Shown here: in pieces, positions 1 through 12,306 of the stretch
Position numbering within the stretch: position 1 is the first letter of the stretch
How the letters are laid out: each line of letters begins with the position of its first letter
Assembly (NCBI GenBank): GCA_951406725.2
Contig: OX597840.1
Coordinates: 38,626,001-38,690,000 of the forward strand
Reading direction: 5' to 3'
From: Octopus vulgaris
Taxonomy: Eukaryota
Length of the DNA: 64,000 nt
Position numbers and translations under genes: made by a program
The notes under the pieces: generated by a model
The model's input: the letters and a program-made list of their open reading frames with translations, nothing else
What the model was told of the DNA's origin: nothing
The model's database searches: none

Positions 1-738
1 ACTTCAGTGTAAACAAGATGGTTGTTTTGGTAATTTCATATTATTAAAATGACAATAGAAATGGTTGAATCTTCGCGGGATTCCTTAGCTGCAGTTGCCT
101 GCTGCTGTCTTTTGCTGCCGTTATTGCTGCAACTCTGGCTATAGCTGTTTCTACTGCTGCGATTATAAATATTTTGCAAACTGCTATCTCTGACAGTTCT
201 GTGAGTAGAAATCAATAGAATTTATAATGAATGAAATCTGATTTTAAATTGCTTTGCATTTTACATTATTCTTACTTCTACTTAATCGACCAATAGTTGC
301 GAACATCTCTATCGAAAATTGGTTACTTTCGGAAACCCTCAATGATATACCGAGAAGAACATGAGCTTCACACATCTTTAAATATCGGTTGCATATTTTT
401 GCGTGATATGAATCTAAGTTCAAATAGAGTTATGTCTTTCGCCTCAGATTCTCGAGAATTCTCACCAGAAATTGCAATATCCGAGAAAACGACACGTCTA
501 GGCTAAAACGGAAATAGCAGCAGAGTGATGCAGGAAATGAGCGAAGAGTCTGGTGAAATATACGTAAATTCCTTTTAGAGCTTTGCCTTATAAGATAACT
601 ACAAAAGGTTCTTGTCTCTCATACACTATTAAAACAATATTTGTGGTTCAATCTTCGATAAACGATTCAGAGAGCGGGAAAACACATATTAGACTTGCCT
701 TGAGATCTAAATCAGAGTTGTACCTTAAAATTCTGAAA

Positions 739-1076
739 TGGGAGAACCACTTCGGTCATGAATGACCATGGGATTGCACCTAGAAAGTTACTCTCCGAGG
801 TACAAGTCCGAGCAAGGTTGTTTATGGAAGGCCAGCAGTCACCCAAACATACCATCCTCCCCTCTCCACACCACCAGTGTTATCCAATGGAAAGGCAAAG
901 GGGCCGATACAGCTTGGCGCCAGTAATGTCGCAACTCAATTCTACAGCTGAGTTAACTGGAGCAACGTGAAATAAAGTGTCTTGCTCAAGAACAAAACAC
1001 GCAGCCCGGTGCGGGAATCTCACAACCTCACGATCGTAAACTTGACGCTCTAAGCACTGCGCCATGCGCCTTCACA
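739..1076 (-). mobile_element. tRNA-derived SINE (family E)
   Basis: Minus strand begins GTGAAGGCGCATGGCGCAGTGCTTAG (A-box-like), with body GTTCTTGAGCAAGACACTTTATTTCACGTTGCTCCAG. Flanked by direct repeat AATTCTGAAA (729-738, 1078-1087), a probable TSD. Confidence 0.85.
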
Positions 1077-1434
1077 GAATTCTGAAAACATTGTTACTAT
1101 TCTACCTATAGATAGATTCTTAAAACTAAAAGAAATCCGATGTTTTGTCCAACTGCCTCTAATATAAACTTTTATTTCTCAGACTGAAAACAAGGTCAGG
1201 TGGAAGAGTCTTTCATCAATTGCCAGATATTAAAACTACAATGACGAGGTCTCTTTTGTTTAAATATTCAGAATTTCATCGGCTGTAAAAGAAAACAAAA
1301 CCCATAAAATGGTACATTTTTTTTTTTTAATAATGAAAGGAAAAAAATGAATTAGATGACCGCTATGTAACTAGTTACATATTCACGAAGACACTCATTT
1401 TTGGATATCTTGTATATTACATATTTTACCTTTT

Positions 1435-1835
1435 CCTTGTTTCAGTCGTTAGAGGCCATCCAAGGCCATGCTGGGGCACCACCTTGTATGATTTTAGTCG
1501 AATGAATCAACCCAAAACCTTTTATCATGGAAGCCTGGTACATATTCTGTCAGTCCCTTTCTTCGCTTTTTCCGAACCACTAAGTTACAGTGGTGTAAAC
1601 ACACCACCACCGGTTGTCAAGTGGTGAGTGGGAAAAAAACAGTAGACACAGAGAAACACACAGATATGTAAGTATATGATGGGCTTCTTTCAGCTTCCAT
1701 TTTCCGAATCCATTCACATGGCTATGGTCGGTCCGATGATAGAGTAGAACGTATCTTCCGAATCTGCCACGCAGAGGGACTGAACCCGAAAACATGTGTT
1801 TGAGAATAAAACGGCTAACCACACAGCCACATATC
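1435..1835 (-). mobile_element. Diverged SINE family A (CORE-like)
   Basis: Colinear with the copies at 6604-7022 and 49515-49931 (CCGAACC..CTAAGTTAC, GGGCTTCTTTCAG, GGGACTGAACCC, ACCACACAGCCAC). Confidence 0.85.
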
Positions 1836-2314
1836 CACCTATTTTAGGTGTTATTATTACTATTTATTTTCGGAGTAATTAATGATTTGTGTCTTGCGTA
1901 AAATTGACAAGATATTTACAATTTCTATGGAGCACAAATATATTCATTTGAAATTTTAAAACTGTCATGATGCATGCTGAGAACGAAGAAATATTTCAAA
2001 AAACAAATTTTGAAACCACACAGAGCAAACAAGTTGATATCACCATATGTGGCACGCGAAAAACAAACATAACGAAATTACGTCGAATGTCTTGAAAATA
2101 GCTACGAGTGTTCTCAATAAAGAAGGTTTTTACTGACAATATATGCGGTTCAGATTATTAAATTCCATACACACAATTGAATCCTATCACCTGACGTCGA
2201 AGAAATACACGAATTACTTAAAGACAGGCATACCTGGATGGACCCTCGGTAATTTAAGCATTTATATGAAGCTTCTATATATGTGTATACTTATATTCCA
2301 AAATACATATATAC

Positions 2315-2366
<52 letters not shown>

Positions 2367-2367
2367 G

Positions 2368-2448
<81 letters not shown>

Positions 2449-2457
2449 ATATATATA

Positions 2458-2704
2458 TTGGTAAAAACGGTAAGATAACGAAAGAAAGAAAGAGACCTCA
2501 ATATTATGTAAATAGAGGAAATTTATCTGTAAAATAATATGTGACAATTATGCAATAGCCAAGATAAAACTCTGAGTTTCGAATGCCGAGGTGGAAATCC
2601 ACAACACCATCTCTTGGTGTTGTGGAAGAGCTCGAAACGCAAAATACTTTTTGAATTCCCGAGCGTTATACTAATACATCTATTTTCTACACCACCGGCC
2701 TTCG

Positions 2705-2708
<4 letters not shown>
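2458..2708. mobile_element. Chimeric Penelope-like terminal-repeat remnant in (TA)n
   Basis: Left part matches 31135-31290 (GGTAAGATAAC..TATTATGTAAATAGAGGA). Right part matches 3745-3835 and the reverse complement of 15460-15530 (GCTCGAAACG..TACTAATACA). The two are joined at an 11-bp hairpin. Confidence 0.6.
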
Positions 2709-2788
<80 letters not shown>

Positions 2789-2791
<3 letters not shown>

Positions 2792-2955
2792 AGAAAAAAG
2801 CAACAAAAATGGATAAGTTTTTCAGTACAATTGTTTCATACGATGAGTACGAGTCAATTGTATTTGCTGCAATATTTGCAGCCTTTAATAAAGCTGGTCT
2901 TCGTATGAAACAATTGTATTGAAAAACTTATCCATTTTTGTTGCTTTTTTCTTGT
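2789..2955. repeat. Inverted repeat, 55-bp arms
   Basis: 2789-2843 is the reverse complement of 2901-2955 with one mismatch; spacer is 57 nt. Confidence 0.95.
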
Positions 2956-3069
2956 TTATAATCACCCCGCATTATCTTATGGTTAATACCATATAGATTT
3001 CTGGTGCATCTAAGTTAAATACCGCATTCATGTGAATTCAGCGGAACTCACTTGAATCTTAATTGCTTT

Positions 3070-3139
<70 letters not shown>

Positions 3140-3526
3140 ATATGCATACATATATACATATGAATATATGCTTATCTATGTATATGTGTATAAACAAAGC
3201 GAATGAAGCAATATTAATATCAAAAGTGAAATATTCAACACTCAAAAGTGCTTGTTGCGTTGCAACACACAGAAAAAAAAACTCCCAATTTCCTATTGGT
3301 GCATAAAAACACGTCCTTGCTATCACAAGCGAGAAAGAAAGGGACCGGAATTAGTGGAAGTAACAAGGTTTGTCTGCTGCTGCTGCTGGTGGTCCTGGTT
3401 GTGATGTGTTATTATGCGCCCAGAAATCATATCAGATTCTCTTCTCTCATGGTATGTGTCGCGGTATATGTGGGTTCTAATGGAATACCCACTTTTAAGT
3501 GTAGAATATGTTAGCTTTTCCCATCA

Positions 3527-3604
<78 letters not shown>

Positions 3605-3654
3605 ATATATATAATATATACATATATATATATATGTATGTATAAATATATATA

Positions 3655-3860
3655 TCGCCATGTTGATTCGCTAGCTTCTGCACGCAATTTCTCTCCTTGT
3701 CTCTCTCCGTGTTTCTTTTCAGTGTATCTTTCTGTTGAAGAGCGTAGGCTCGAAACGTAAAAGACTTGTTTTATTTATATTCTGAACGCCATACTAATAC
3801 AATTGTTTGTTTGTATTCCACCTGCCTTCGTCTTTTGTTTATTTTCATAAAGCTTCCCGT
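3655..3860 (+). mobile_element. (TA)n-embedded PLE-like terminal-repeat remnant
   Basis: Bounded by (TA)n on both sides, homologous to the reverse complement of 15430-15600, and carries a hammerhead-like motif. Confidence 0.6.
3727..3764 (+). ncRNA. Minimal hammerhead-like ribozyme motif (variant core)
   Basis: TCTTT-CTGTTGA-A-GAGC(gtag)GCTC-GAAAC-GTA-AAAGA: stem I TCTTT/AAAGA, stem II GAGC/GCTC, palindromic ACGT in place of stem III, GUA triplet. Confidence 0.55.
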
Positions 3861-3899
3861 TATATATATACTTATATACATATATATATATATATGTAC

Positions 3900-3974
<75 letters not shown>

Positions 3975-3977
<3 letters not shown>

Positions 3978-4351
3978 TACCGTCAGAAATTAATTAGCAC
4001 CCTTGATTTGCTCTTCACTCAAGGTATGTGCTGTCACCTAGTGGCCATATCTCGAACTATTGCTTTGTTGCGAGTTCACTGTTGCGCAGAACGATGACGT
4101 AACTTTGTTTGCAGAGCAGTTTGAGAGTCTACACCCTTATGATGTTGACATAGCAGTGCAACAACAACTTGGAGTGCGGATGCAGACAAATGTTCCTTTG
4201 TTTAATAGATATAGGTAGCGCCTCGAAAGGACCGAAATCACACCATACTAAGTTTTCTCATTGCGTAAGACGTTTTGAACAGCTCATAGGTTAATTGATT
4301 TAACCTATTTAATGTAGAAATTTGAGAAGTGCTAATTAATTTCTGACGCAA

Positions 4352-4354
<3 letters not shown>
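3975..4354. mobile_element. Tc1/mariner-type MITE
   Basis: 26-bp TIRs CACTACCGTCAGAAATTAATTAGCAC (3975-4000) and GTGCTAATTAATTTCTGACGCAAGTG (4329-4354), 2 mismatches, inserted in (TA)n. Confidence 0.85.
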
Positions 4355-4426
<72 letters not shown>

Positions 4427-4589
4427 TATAGATATATAGATATATATATAGGTAAATATATAATGTACTCTTCCCTTCGGAGGCGATTTAAAAAGCGTTC
4501 AGCATTTTGTGCAGGGCATTAATGATTTCTTTATAGGAATCAAGTGTGCGTGCCGCATATTAGGTCGCCATCACGATCAAATCTAGGCT

Positions 4590-4750
4590 GTCTCAATAGG
4601 TGTACAGTGCTTACGTGTCACATTTCGAAGAGATCGCAGAGCAATGCGTGATGAAGTGTTTTGCCCAAGAATACATCGCGCCACCCAATCTAGGAGTTGA
4701 AACCACTATCTCGCAATCGTTAGTGCAACGCCCGAACCACTAGAGCAGGC
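4590..4750 (-). mobile_element. Old SINE fragment (family E-like)
   Basis: GAAGTGTTTTGCCCAAGAATACA followed by a decayed tRNA-like head, resembling 975-1070. Confidence 0.55.
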
Positions 4751-4905
4751 GACGTAACGACTATTTATCTATCTATTTATCTATATACATATACATATAT
4801 ATATATATGTAAATGAAAGAATGGAGTCGAACGATGATTTAACAAAATTCCTTTATTCTCGACATATGTTTCGAAGACTGCATATTCTTAATTCAACTAC
4901 TTAAA

Positions 4906-4948
<43 letters not shown>

Positions 4949-5983
4949 GGCAAATAATAATGGGGAGGACAAAAAACGACATACTTCATCCGGTGGACAT
5001 TCCAGTGCGTCCATTTTTCCATACCATTAGAAAGTATTCGAGATTATTAGTAGAAAACCTACACATATAGTAACTATGCATTACACACACTTGTATTAAT
5101 ATTACAAAAAAGTACAAACAGTCAGTTCCTTACGGCCGTTTCTGCGAAGAGGCAGCGATATACTACATGGCATTGGATAGTACACTTCCAGCAGTATACT
5201 GGATAGGCACTATCCCTTAGTTGGTTGGTTGGTTGCTTGCTTCCCCAACCTCTAGCTCTCACAGAAATATATATATGTGTGTGTGTATGTGTGTGTGTAT
5301 GTGTGTGTGTGTTTGAAGACACGTCTATCGATATGGTAATCAGACATGAACGGTGTCTTTTGAAAATTAATGTATTAATATAGGACATAGCTTAAAGGTT
5401 TCCTCACCAACGCATACTCGCTCAAACAGGAGGTCATTTACAACAACATTCAATTACGTAGAATCACTTCCAGTTGAAATTACAAAGCAAAATAAAGCAC
5501 TTTTGCCTTTGTTCGTCATTTTCCTCTTTCTCTCTCTCCCTCTCTCTCTCTCTCTCATTTTCTTTAATCTCATGCCGTTTGTTTCTATTTTTCCCAATTC
5601 TCTCCTTTTCTCCTTCCCAACTCGTCCCAAACCAAACTCCCATTGCCTGTTTGTATACGACACTATACAGTTACACGTTCATACACTTCATGCACACACA
5701 CACAAACATACAAACATACATATATACATATATAAATACACACAGAGAAATATATATACACATACGCATATAAATCGCTAGGGAAAATCTCAGGAACACA
5801 AATAGGAGCATTCATATACATGTATAAACACAGACATGTACATATACATATGTGTTTATGTGCATATACACTAATGTATACATGCATACACATACACATA
5901 TAGTCACAAAACATTCATATATATGGATGCGCATATACATACATATATATATATAAACACATGCATATATTTGTATATGTGTA

Positions 5984-6028
<45 letters not shown>

Positions 6029-6046
6029 TATATACATATATACATA

Positions 6047-6077
<31 letters not shown>

Positions 6078-6603
6078 GTATATATATATATATATATGTA
6101 TGTGCGTGTATATATATATACATGTATAGGAAAAAGAGAGATAGACACATTTTATATTATTAATCACGCAAGCTTCATCGAATACTGAACTGAAGAAGCA
6201 ACTGAGAATATATATATATAAAAAAACATGAAAATTTATACTATTAGTTCGAACTAATCCAATTGCAAGTGCAGCTTGATGAATATCGATTATTCAATCA
6301 ATGCCAATAAAACAGCTTCTCATGTATCGACTTTTTCTTCTAGACTGAATCAGGCCTGTTATAATGTGATGTCTTTATGCGCTTTGAAATGGGAAAATTA
6401 TGAGAAGAAGCGTTTTAGGAACCGAAAAAAAAAATAGCTGTGAAATTATTGAAAATAAAACAAGTGCAAGTTATAACCTTCACAACTGTTAGTTTCGTTA
6501 TGGAATAATTTTCGAGGAATTTGTAGACGATTGGTTTTCATATCTATAGTCTATGGTTGCTCTTCTCTCGTTGTTGATTGTGATCGCTGTATATATTATA
6601 TTA

Positions 6604-6820
6604 TACTCTTTTACTCTTTTGCTTTGTATCAGTCATTTGACTGCGGCCATGCTGGGGTACCGCCTTTAATCGAGCAACTCGAACCCGGGACTTATTCTTT
6701 TTTGTAAGCCCAGTACTTATTCTATCGGTCTCTTTTGCCGAACCGCTAAGTAACGGGGACATAAGCACACCACCATCGGTTGTCAAGCAATGCTAGGGGG
6801 ACAAACACAGACACATACAA

Positions 6821-6851
<31 letters not shown>

Positions 6852-7022
6852 CATATATACGACGGGCTTCTTTCAGTTTCCGTCTACCAAATCCACTCAC
6901 AAGGCTTTGGTCGGCCCGAGGCTATAGTAGAAGACACTTGCCCAAGGTACCACGCAGTGGGAGCTGAACCCGGAACCATGTGGTTGGTAAACAAGCTACT
7001 TACCACACAGCCACTCCTGCGC
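6604..7022 (-). mobile_element. SINE family A, near full length
   Basis: Minus strand: GCGCAGGAGTGGCTGTGTGGTAAG..GGTTCAG head, CTTGGGCAAGTGTCTTC CORE-like segment, internal (CA/TA)n, (GAGTAAAA)n tail. Confidence 0.95.
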
Positions 7023-7066
<44 letters not shown>

Positions 7067-7087
7067 CCCATTAGTATCTATTGAATA

Positions 7088-7462
7088 GTAAGTAGCTTGC
7101 TAACCAACCACATGGTTCCGGTTCAGTCGCACTGCGTGGCATCTTGGGCAACTGTATATTACTATAGACCCAGGCCGACCAATGCCTTGTGAGTGGATTT
7201 GGTAGACGGAAACTGAAAGAAGCCTGTCGTATATGTGTGCATATATATATATGTATGTGTGTGTGTGTGTGTTTGTGTATCTGTGATTGTCCCCCTAGCA
7301 TTGCTTGACAACCGATGCTGGTGTGTTTACGTCCCCGTCACTTAGCGGTTCGGCAAAAGAGACCGATAGAATAAGTACCGTGCTTCGACTAATGGTGGTG
7401 CTCCAGCGTGGCCGCAGTCAAATGACTGAAACAAGTAAAAGAGTAAAAAAGTGTAAAAGAGT
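7088..7462 (+). mobile_element. SINE family A, head slightly truncated
   Basis: Reverse complement of 6604-7005 with an internal deletion; (GAGTAAAA) tail. Confidence 0.95.
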
Positions 7463-7500
7463 ATATATTAGTGGTATTTTTTATAAGATTAAAGTTTATA

Positions 7501-7713
7501 TATTTCTTTACTACCCACAAGGGGTTAAACACGGACAAACAAGCAGAAACATATGGATTAAGTAGATTACATCGACCCCAGTGCGTAAATGGTACCCCGA
7601 AAGGATGAAAGGCAAAGTCGGCCTCGGCGGAATTTGAACTCAGAACGTAACGGCAGACGAAATACGGCTTAGCATTTCGCCCGGTGTGCTAAGGTTACTG
7701 CCAGCTCGCCGCC
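7501..7713 (-). mobile_element. SINE family B (Meta-domain-like)
   Basis: Minus strand GGCGGCGAGCTGGCAG..GAGTTCAAATTCC..GACTTTGCCTTTCATCCTTTCGGGG. 20-bp TSD at 7481-7500 and 7714-7733 (2 mismatches). Confidence 0.95.
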
Positions 7714-7779
7714 TTATAAGCTTAAAGCTTATAGCGATCACCGTGCAAGTAACTAAGAAAATACTCTAATATTTGGGCA

Positions 7780-8167
7780 GGAGGCGCAATGGCCCAGTGG
7801 TTAGGGCAGCGGACTCACGGTCATAGTATCGCGGTTTCGATTCCCATCCGGGCGTTGTGAGTGTTTCTTGAGCGAAAACACCTAAAGCTCCACGAGGCTC
7901 TGGCAGGAATGGTGGTGATCCCTGCTGTACTCTTTCACCACAACTTTCTCTCACTCTTACTTCCTGTTTCTGTTGTACCTGTATTTGAAAGGGCCGGCCT
8001 TGTCACTCTCTGTGTCACGCTGAATATCCCCGAGAACTACGTTAAGGGTACACGTGTCTGTGGAGTGCTCAGCCACCTACACGTTAATTTCACGAGCAGG
8101 CTGTTCCGTTGATTCGGATCAATCGGAACCCTCGTCGTCGTAACCAACGGAGTGCTTCCAAAAAAAA
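7780..8167 (+). mobile_element. SINE family C, full length
   Basis: tRNA-like head TGGCCCAGTGG..GGTTTCGATTCCC, A-tail, perfect 13-bp TSD TAATATTTGGGCA (7767-7779, 8168-8180). Confidence 0.95.
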
Positions 8168-8386
8168 TAATATTTGGGCATACAAGCCCTCGATGGAAGT
8201 GTAGGCTTTCCCGTACGTGTGGGAAAGGCTACTATTTTTCTGTCAAGCGCGTATATGCCCTACTATTAGTCTATTCTCCATAGTAATTTGCACGGTGATC
8301 GCTTTACGCTTATAGAAAAATACGATTATTATTATTATCTACAGTATTGTAAAACTCGACACCTCTTATCAAAACAATTCCCACCG

Positions 8387-8420
8387 AATAATAATAATAA
8401 TAATAATAATGATAATAATG

Positions 8421-8463
<43 letters not shown>

Positions 8464-8560
8464 TAATAATGACAATATTATATATATATATAAATTTGAA
8501 TAGCTGACACCGTAGTACACCTCCAGCGTTAGGTGTGCAAAGGCAATAATAATAATAATA

Positions 8561-8627
<67 letters not shown>

Positions 8628-8742
8628 TAATTATAATAGTAGTAGTAGTAGTAATAATAATAATAACAACGACGACGACGACGACGACAAGAAGAAGAAG
8701 AAAAAGACGAAGAAGAAGAACAACTACAACAACAACGACGAC
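8387..8742. repeat. Compound trinucleotide microsatellites (AAT/AGT/GAC/AAG/AAC)
   Basis: Directly visible. Confidence 0.95.
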
Positions 8743-10017
8743 AAAAGCGATTTGTACCGGACTCGATAGTTTAAAGCAGAACTGTGTATGACCTAAAGCA
8801 GAAGGGCCCATTCACGTGTGTCGTGTCCAGTAAATATTGTCCGATTGCGTGATAATCCATGGCGTGGAAGCTGTATCGGGTAAACGAGTACAAAATGAAG
8901 GCGAATAAAGAAGAAAAGTTCACCAACTGGAAACAGAAACTGCCAAACCGAGAAATTTTTCTTAGAAATGGAGAGCACCAGGTTTTTTTTTAACTCACGC
9001 CAGAAATATAAGCGAAGACTCACGTATGACAATGAGTATTTTTTTTTAATTATGTATATTGTGCAACTGAGGGCCCTGTGTTTGGAAATATGGCAGCAAG
9101 GTAACCTTTGACATGTCTGCCTTCTTAAGCTGCAATCGAAGGAAACTACGAGAAAAATCAATGAGAACAACAAAGTTAAAAAGAGCTGCAACAGCATCAC
9201 CAGCAACAACAACAACAACAACATAAATAAATAAATAATTGTTGTGCCAATAACAATGACAGCATTTATGAGATGGATGTAATGCCAGCTTCTCCATCTG
9301 ATATTGTCATTCGGATTTGGCGTTAAGAAAACGTTTCTTCGCATCGGTTGGAATATATTTATCGATTGTATTAATGGATATAGAAGTCGAATCACGAAGT
9401 ACATAATTTACTGTCGTTTATAAACAGCGATCAAATATGCGACTCCATGATTGTTAAACGCCATTGTTACCGTATTCGTTTCAACGATTAACAAAAGTCT
9501 CGAAGTGTGTGACCTTTCTGTTAGAATAACAGGTCAGAGGATTTCAATGGGACAATTCTTATCGATTATGAAAAGAGCAATCGGCAACTAATAACAAGAT
9601 ATGTAAGATTCGTCACAGCATCTTCATTTCAGGAGAAACAGTGGCCGAAACCGCTTTGTAGTTGGTCACACAACAATACCTTAATTTGATTTACACCTTA
9701 AATAGCAGTTTACACATAGAATTATCAGCAACGTAATGCATATACGTTATCGATTCCAACACAATAAATTCCATAATCTAAATAACCAAGATGCGGTGAG
9801 GGTTGTAGTGATACAAAGGTGACTTCTTAAATTGTGTTACAAATTGGATTCTACTACACCGAAATTTCGGCGTGCGTAACTTTGTCCAACATCTGGGGTC
9901 ACTAATGCCCTGTCAATGATAATTGACAGAAGGTGATAGAAACCCATGGAAGCTTGTCGTATATCTATATGCACACATGAATTATCACATAAGTTTGTAT
10001 GTGTATGAAATATATAT

Positions 10018-10060
<43 letters not shown>

Positions 10061-10066
10061 CTGTGT

Positions 10067-10118
<52 letters not shown>

Positions 10119-10121
10119 GTA

Positions 10122-10662
10122 CAGGGTGTCGCAAAGTAATGTATACATACCTGAGCAGCTGATAACTCAACTGATGTGTTTTCTTGCCGGATGAAACCCA
10201 GTGGAATAAATGATGGCAGAGTGACTAAGCTTTGACCAAAGGAAATTCATTCTAAAATATTACCGAATGTGTGAAAACGCAGGTAAAGCACAAAGAGACT
10301 TTATAAGTGAGTTTAAAACTGATCCTACTAAACAGGTGGATTTGATGTGGGGGTTTCGTTGATTACCCTCCACATTCACCAGACCTGACACCACTAGACT
10401 TTTTATGGGGATACCTAAAAGACAGTCTTCGCTATGAAACCTGCAACAGTCGCTGATTTCAGAGCAGCCATTGAACGAGAATGCACACAAATACCAAACG
10501 AATTCTTTAGTGGCATTTCTGATTCCATTGGTTCGCGTTGTCTGCAGTGCCTGGACCAAAAAATGTCAGTAGATTCTATTAAATTTTGAAAACGAAATGT
10601 ATTTTACTAAACACCCACTTTACAATTATCTAAAATGTGTATACATTTTTTGGGACACCATG
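10122..10662 (+). mobile_element. Internally deleted Tc1/mariner transposon
   Basis: TA|CAGGGTGTCGCAAAGTAATGTATACA ... TGTATACATTTTTTGGGACACCATG|TA TIRs. N-terminal relic LSFDQRKFILKYY..AQRDFISEF is fused to catalytic-end relic DYPPHSPDLTPLDFLWGYLK (from 10361) and KPATVADFRAAIERECTQIP. Confidence 0.9.
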
Positions 10663-10699
10663 TATAAATGTATGTATGTACGTATGTATGTATGTTACA

Positions 10700-10800
10700 C
10701 TACCAGAAGGGAAGGGTCTTCCTTTGATTCTGAAATGCAACGTCTGTGCAAGACCCTACCTCAGTAAAGCTGGACTCAAGAGTCATCTTCGTAGTCATAA
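10700..10800 (+). mobile_element. RTE-type LINE C-terminal zinc-finger relic
   Basis: Encodes CNVCARPYLSKAGLKSHLRSH, a single C2H2 of the kind ending RTE ORFs; isolated between (TATG)n tracts. Confidence 0.55.
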
Positions 10801-12085
10801 CACGGGACAGATGAGTGACAACCTGGCCACTGGTGGTGGTGTAACACACCATGCTAATCATATCTGTCGGGCATGAAGCCCAGTTACAACTACAGCCGGC
10901 TATTACCAGTAAAGGTTTTAGTTGCCAATTCTGTACAAGACATTGTAGATCACAGCACTAGTAACAGTTAAGCTTCGTGCAATGGCCATACTCGATAACG
11001 AGGGGGCAACCATATTAATGTATGTATGTATGTATGTATCTTTCACTTCTGTTTTCTTGAGATAATACTGACAGACCTTCCATAGGGTCGTACAGCATAC
11101 TCTGATTTCATGGTTTGTTTTGGAATTGGGTAAAAGTATTTCAGATACCGAACAATTTCTGAAGTTATATGCTGCCTCGAATAAATTGACCGCGGTGCAC
11201 AAGAATACTGTGGAGGTCCTGTGCGGGACATGTAGCAATTGTGTGAGGGTAGAATGAGGATTAGCGGGAGGAATAGCGGTTTTTTTCATGTGACTTTCGT
11301 CATATTATACCTGTGATGATACAACAGCGAAAGAAATTTCATCGATAACCAGCAGAATTATAACTTTACAATTATCGTTTAACATAAAGGGAAATCTTCA
11401 GCTCAGTTGGGGATTCAAATTTAGAGGACATTGTGGACAAGGTGGTGGAAGAAGATTCTTTGAGATGGTAATGGTGCCATTGCACCCGGTTCTATAAGCA
11501 TAATTGTTTAGAGCAGAGAAACTCACTTTGAAGTCGTCCTCCAATCAGAAACAATATTTAATTAGTCACAAATGGTTGTTTAAGAAATGTCTTGATTAAC
11601 GGCATCAAGTGTTGTGTAGGGACCTGCAATTCAAAGAATAAACCCAAAGTTTCCTCGTAAAATACTTACTAAAAGAGATTGAGGTAGAATTTTCTCTTCA
11701 ACCTCGTAGAATCCTCACCAGCAAAGAATACCCGTACAAACCCACGAGTGGGAGGTTTATCACCTGAAAGTTGCAGGGACGTGACCCACCGAGAATTGCA
11801 GGGAATCACCAACAGATTTTGGATGCAGTGACGTACTGTTATAGTGCATACCCCTGTTGTACTACTACTGCTATGAGGTACCACCACTACTACAACAACG
11901 GACGAAATGTCTTTAAATATTTGATACACATACACGCAACAGAATCTAATGGTGGCTTCACAATCACTTTCCAGAAATATTAGTGGCTACAAATTAAATT
12001 ATCCTGCTGTAAATATGAAGGAAATAGTTCAGTAGGCTGCGGAACTTGAAAAGTCATTGGAGCCGACAGCTAAAATGGATTTATC

Positions 12086-12306
12086 GGACTGCAGCTAAAG
12101 CCGAGAAACCGTATATTGTTGCTACGTAATTTAGATCGCCATAGCTAGGAGATAGACATGTCCTTTTTCCGATTTATGAGATAACGGTTTCCATATAGCC
12201 TAACCCTTGCCAGATCAAAGAAATACTCATACTGACACGTTCTGGACTCCATCCGAAAGAACACTCCCTTGCTAATGGGCAATTTTATTTAGGATACTCA
12301 AGAGCT
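12086..12306 (+). pseudogene. Helitron RepHel PIF1-helicase relic
   Basis: LQLKPRNRILLLRNLD (cf. LKVGxPIMLLRNL), DMSFFRFMR*RFP (cf. PFxFxRxQFP) and SGLHPKEHSLANGQFYLGYSRA (cf. GLxLxxPxFSHGQLYVxxSRV), in order, with stops and a deletion. Confidence 0.75.

Noticed and set aside
61-206. Possible exon ending at a GTGAGT donor (201-206)
   Set aside because: The upstream sequence is a decayed (GCT)n-like tract with no recognisable protein and no supported acceptor.
7780-7855. tRNA genes at the heads of families A-E
   Set aside because: A/B boxes are present, but each continues into a repeated SINE body, some with TSDs, and no complete cloverleaf is evident.
10637-10876. Host C2H2 zinc-finger gene exon
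   Set aside because: Single finger without a TGEKP linker or neighbouring fingers; the GLxSHLRxH pattern fits the C-terminus of RTE LINEs better.
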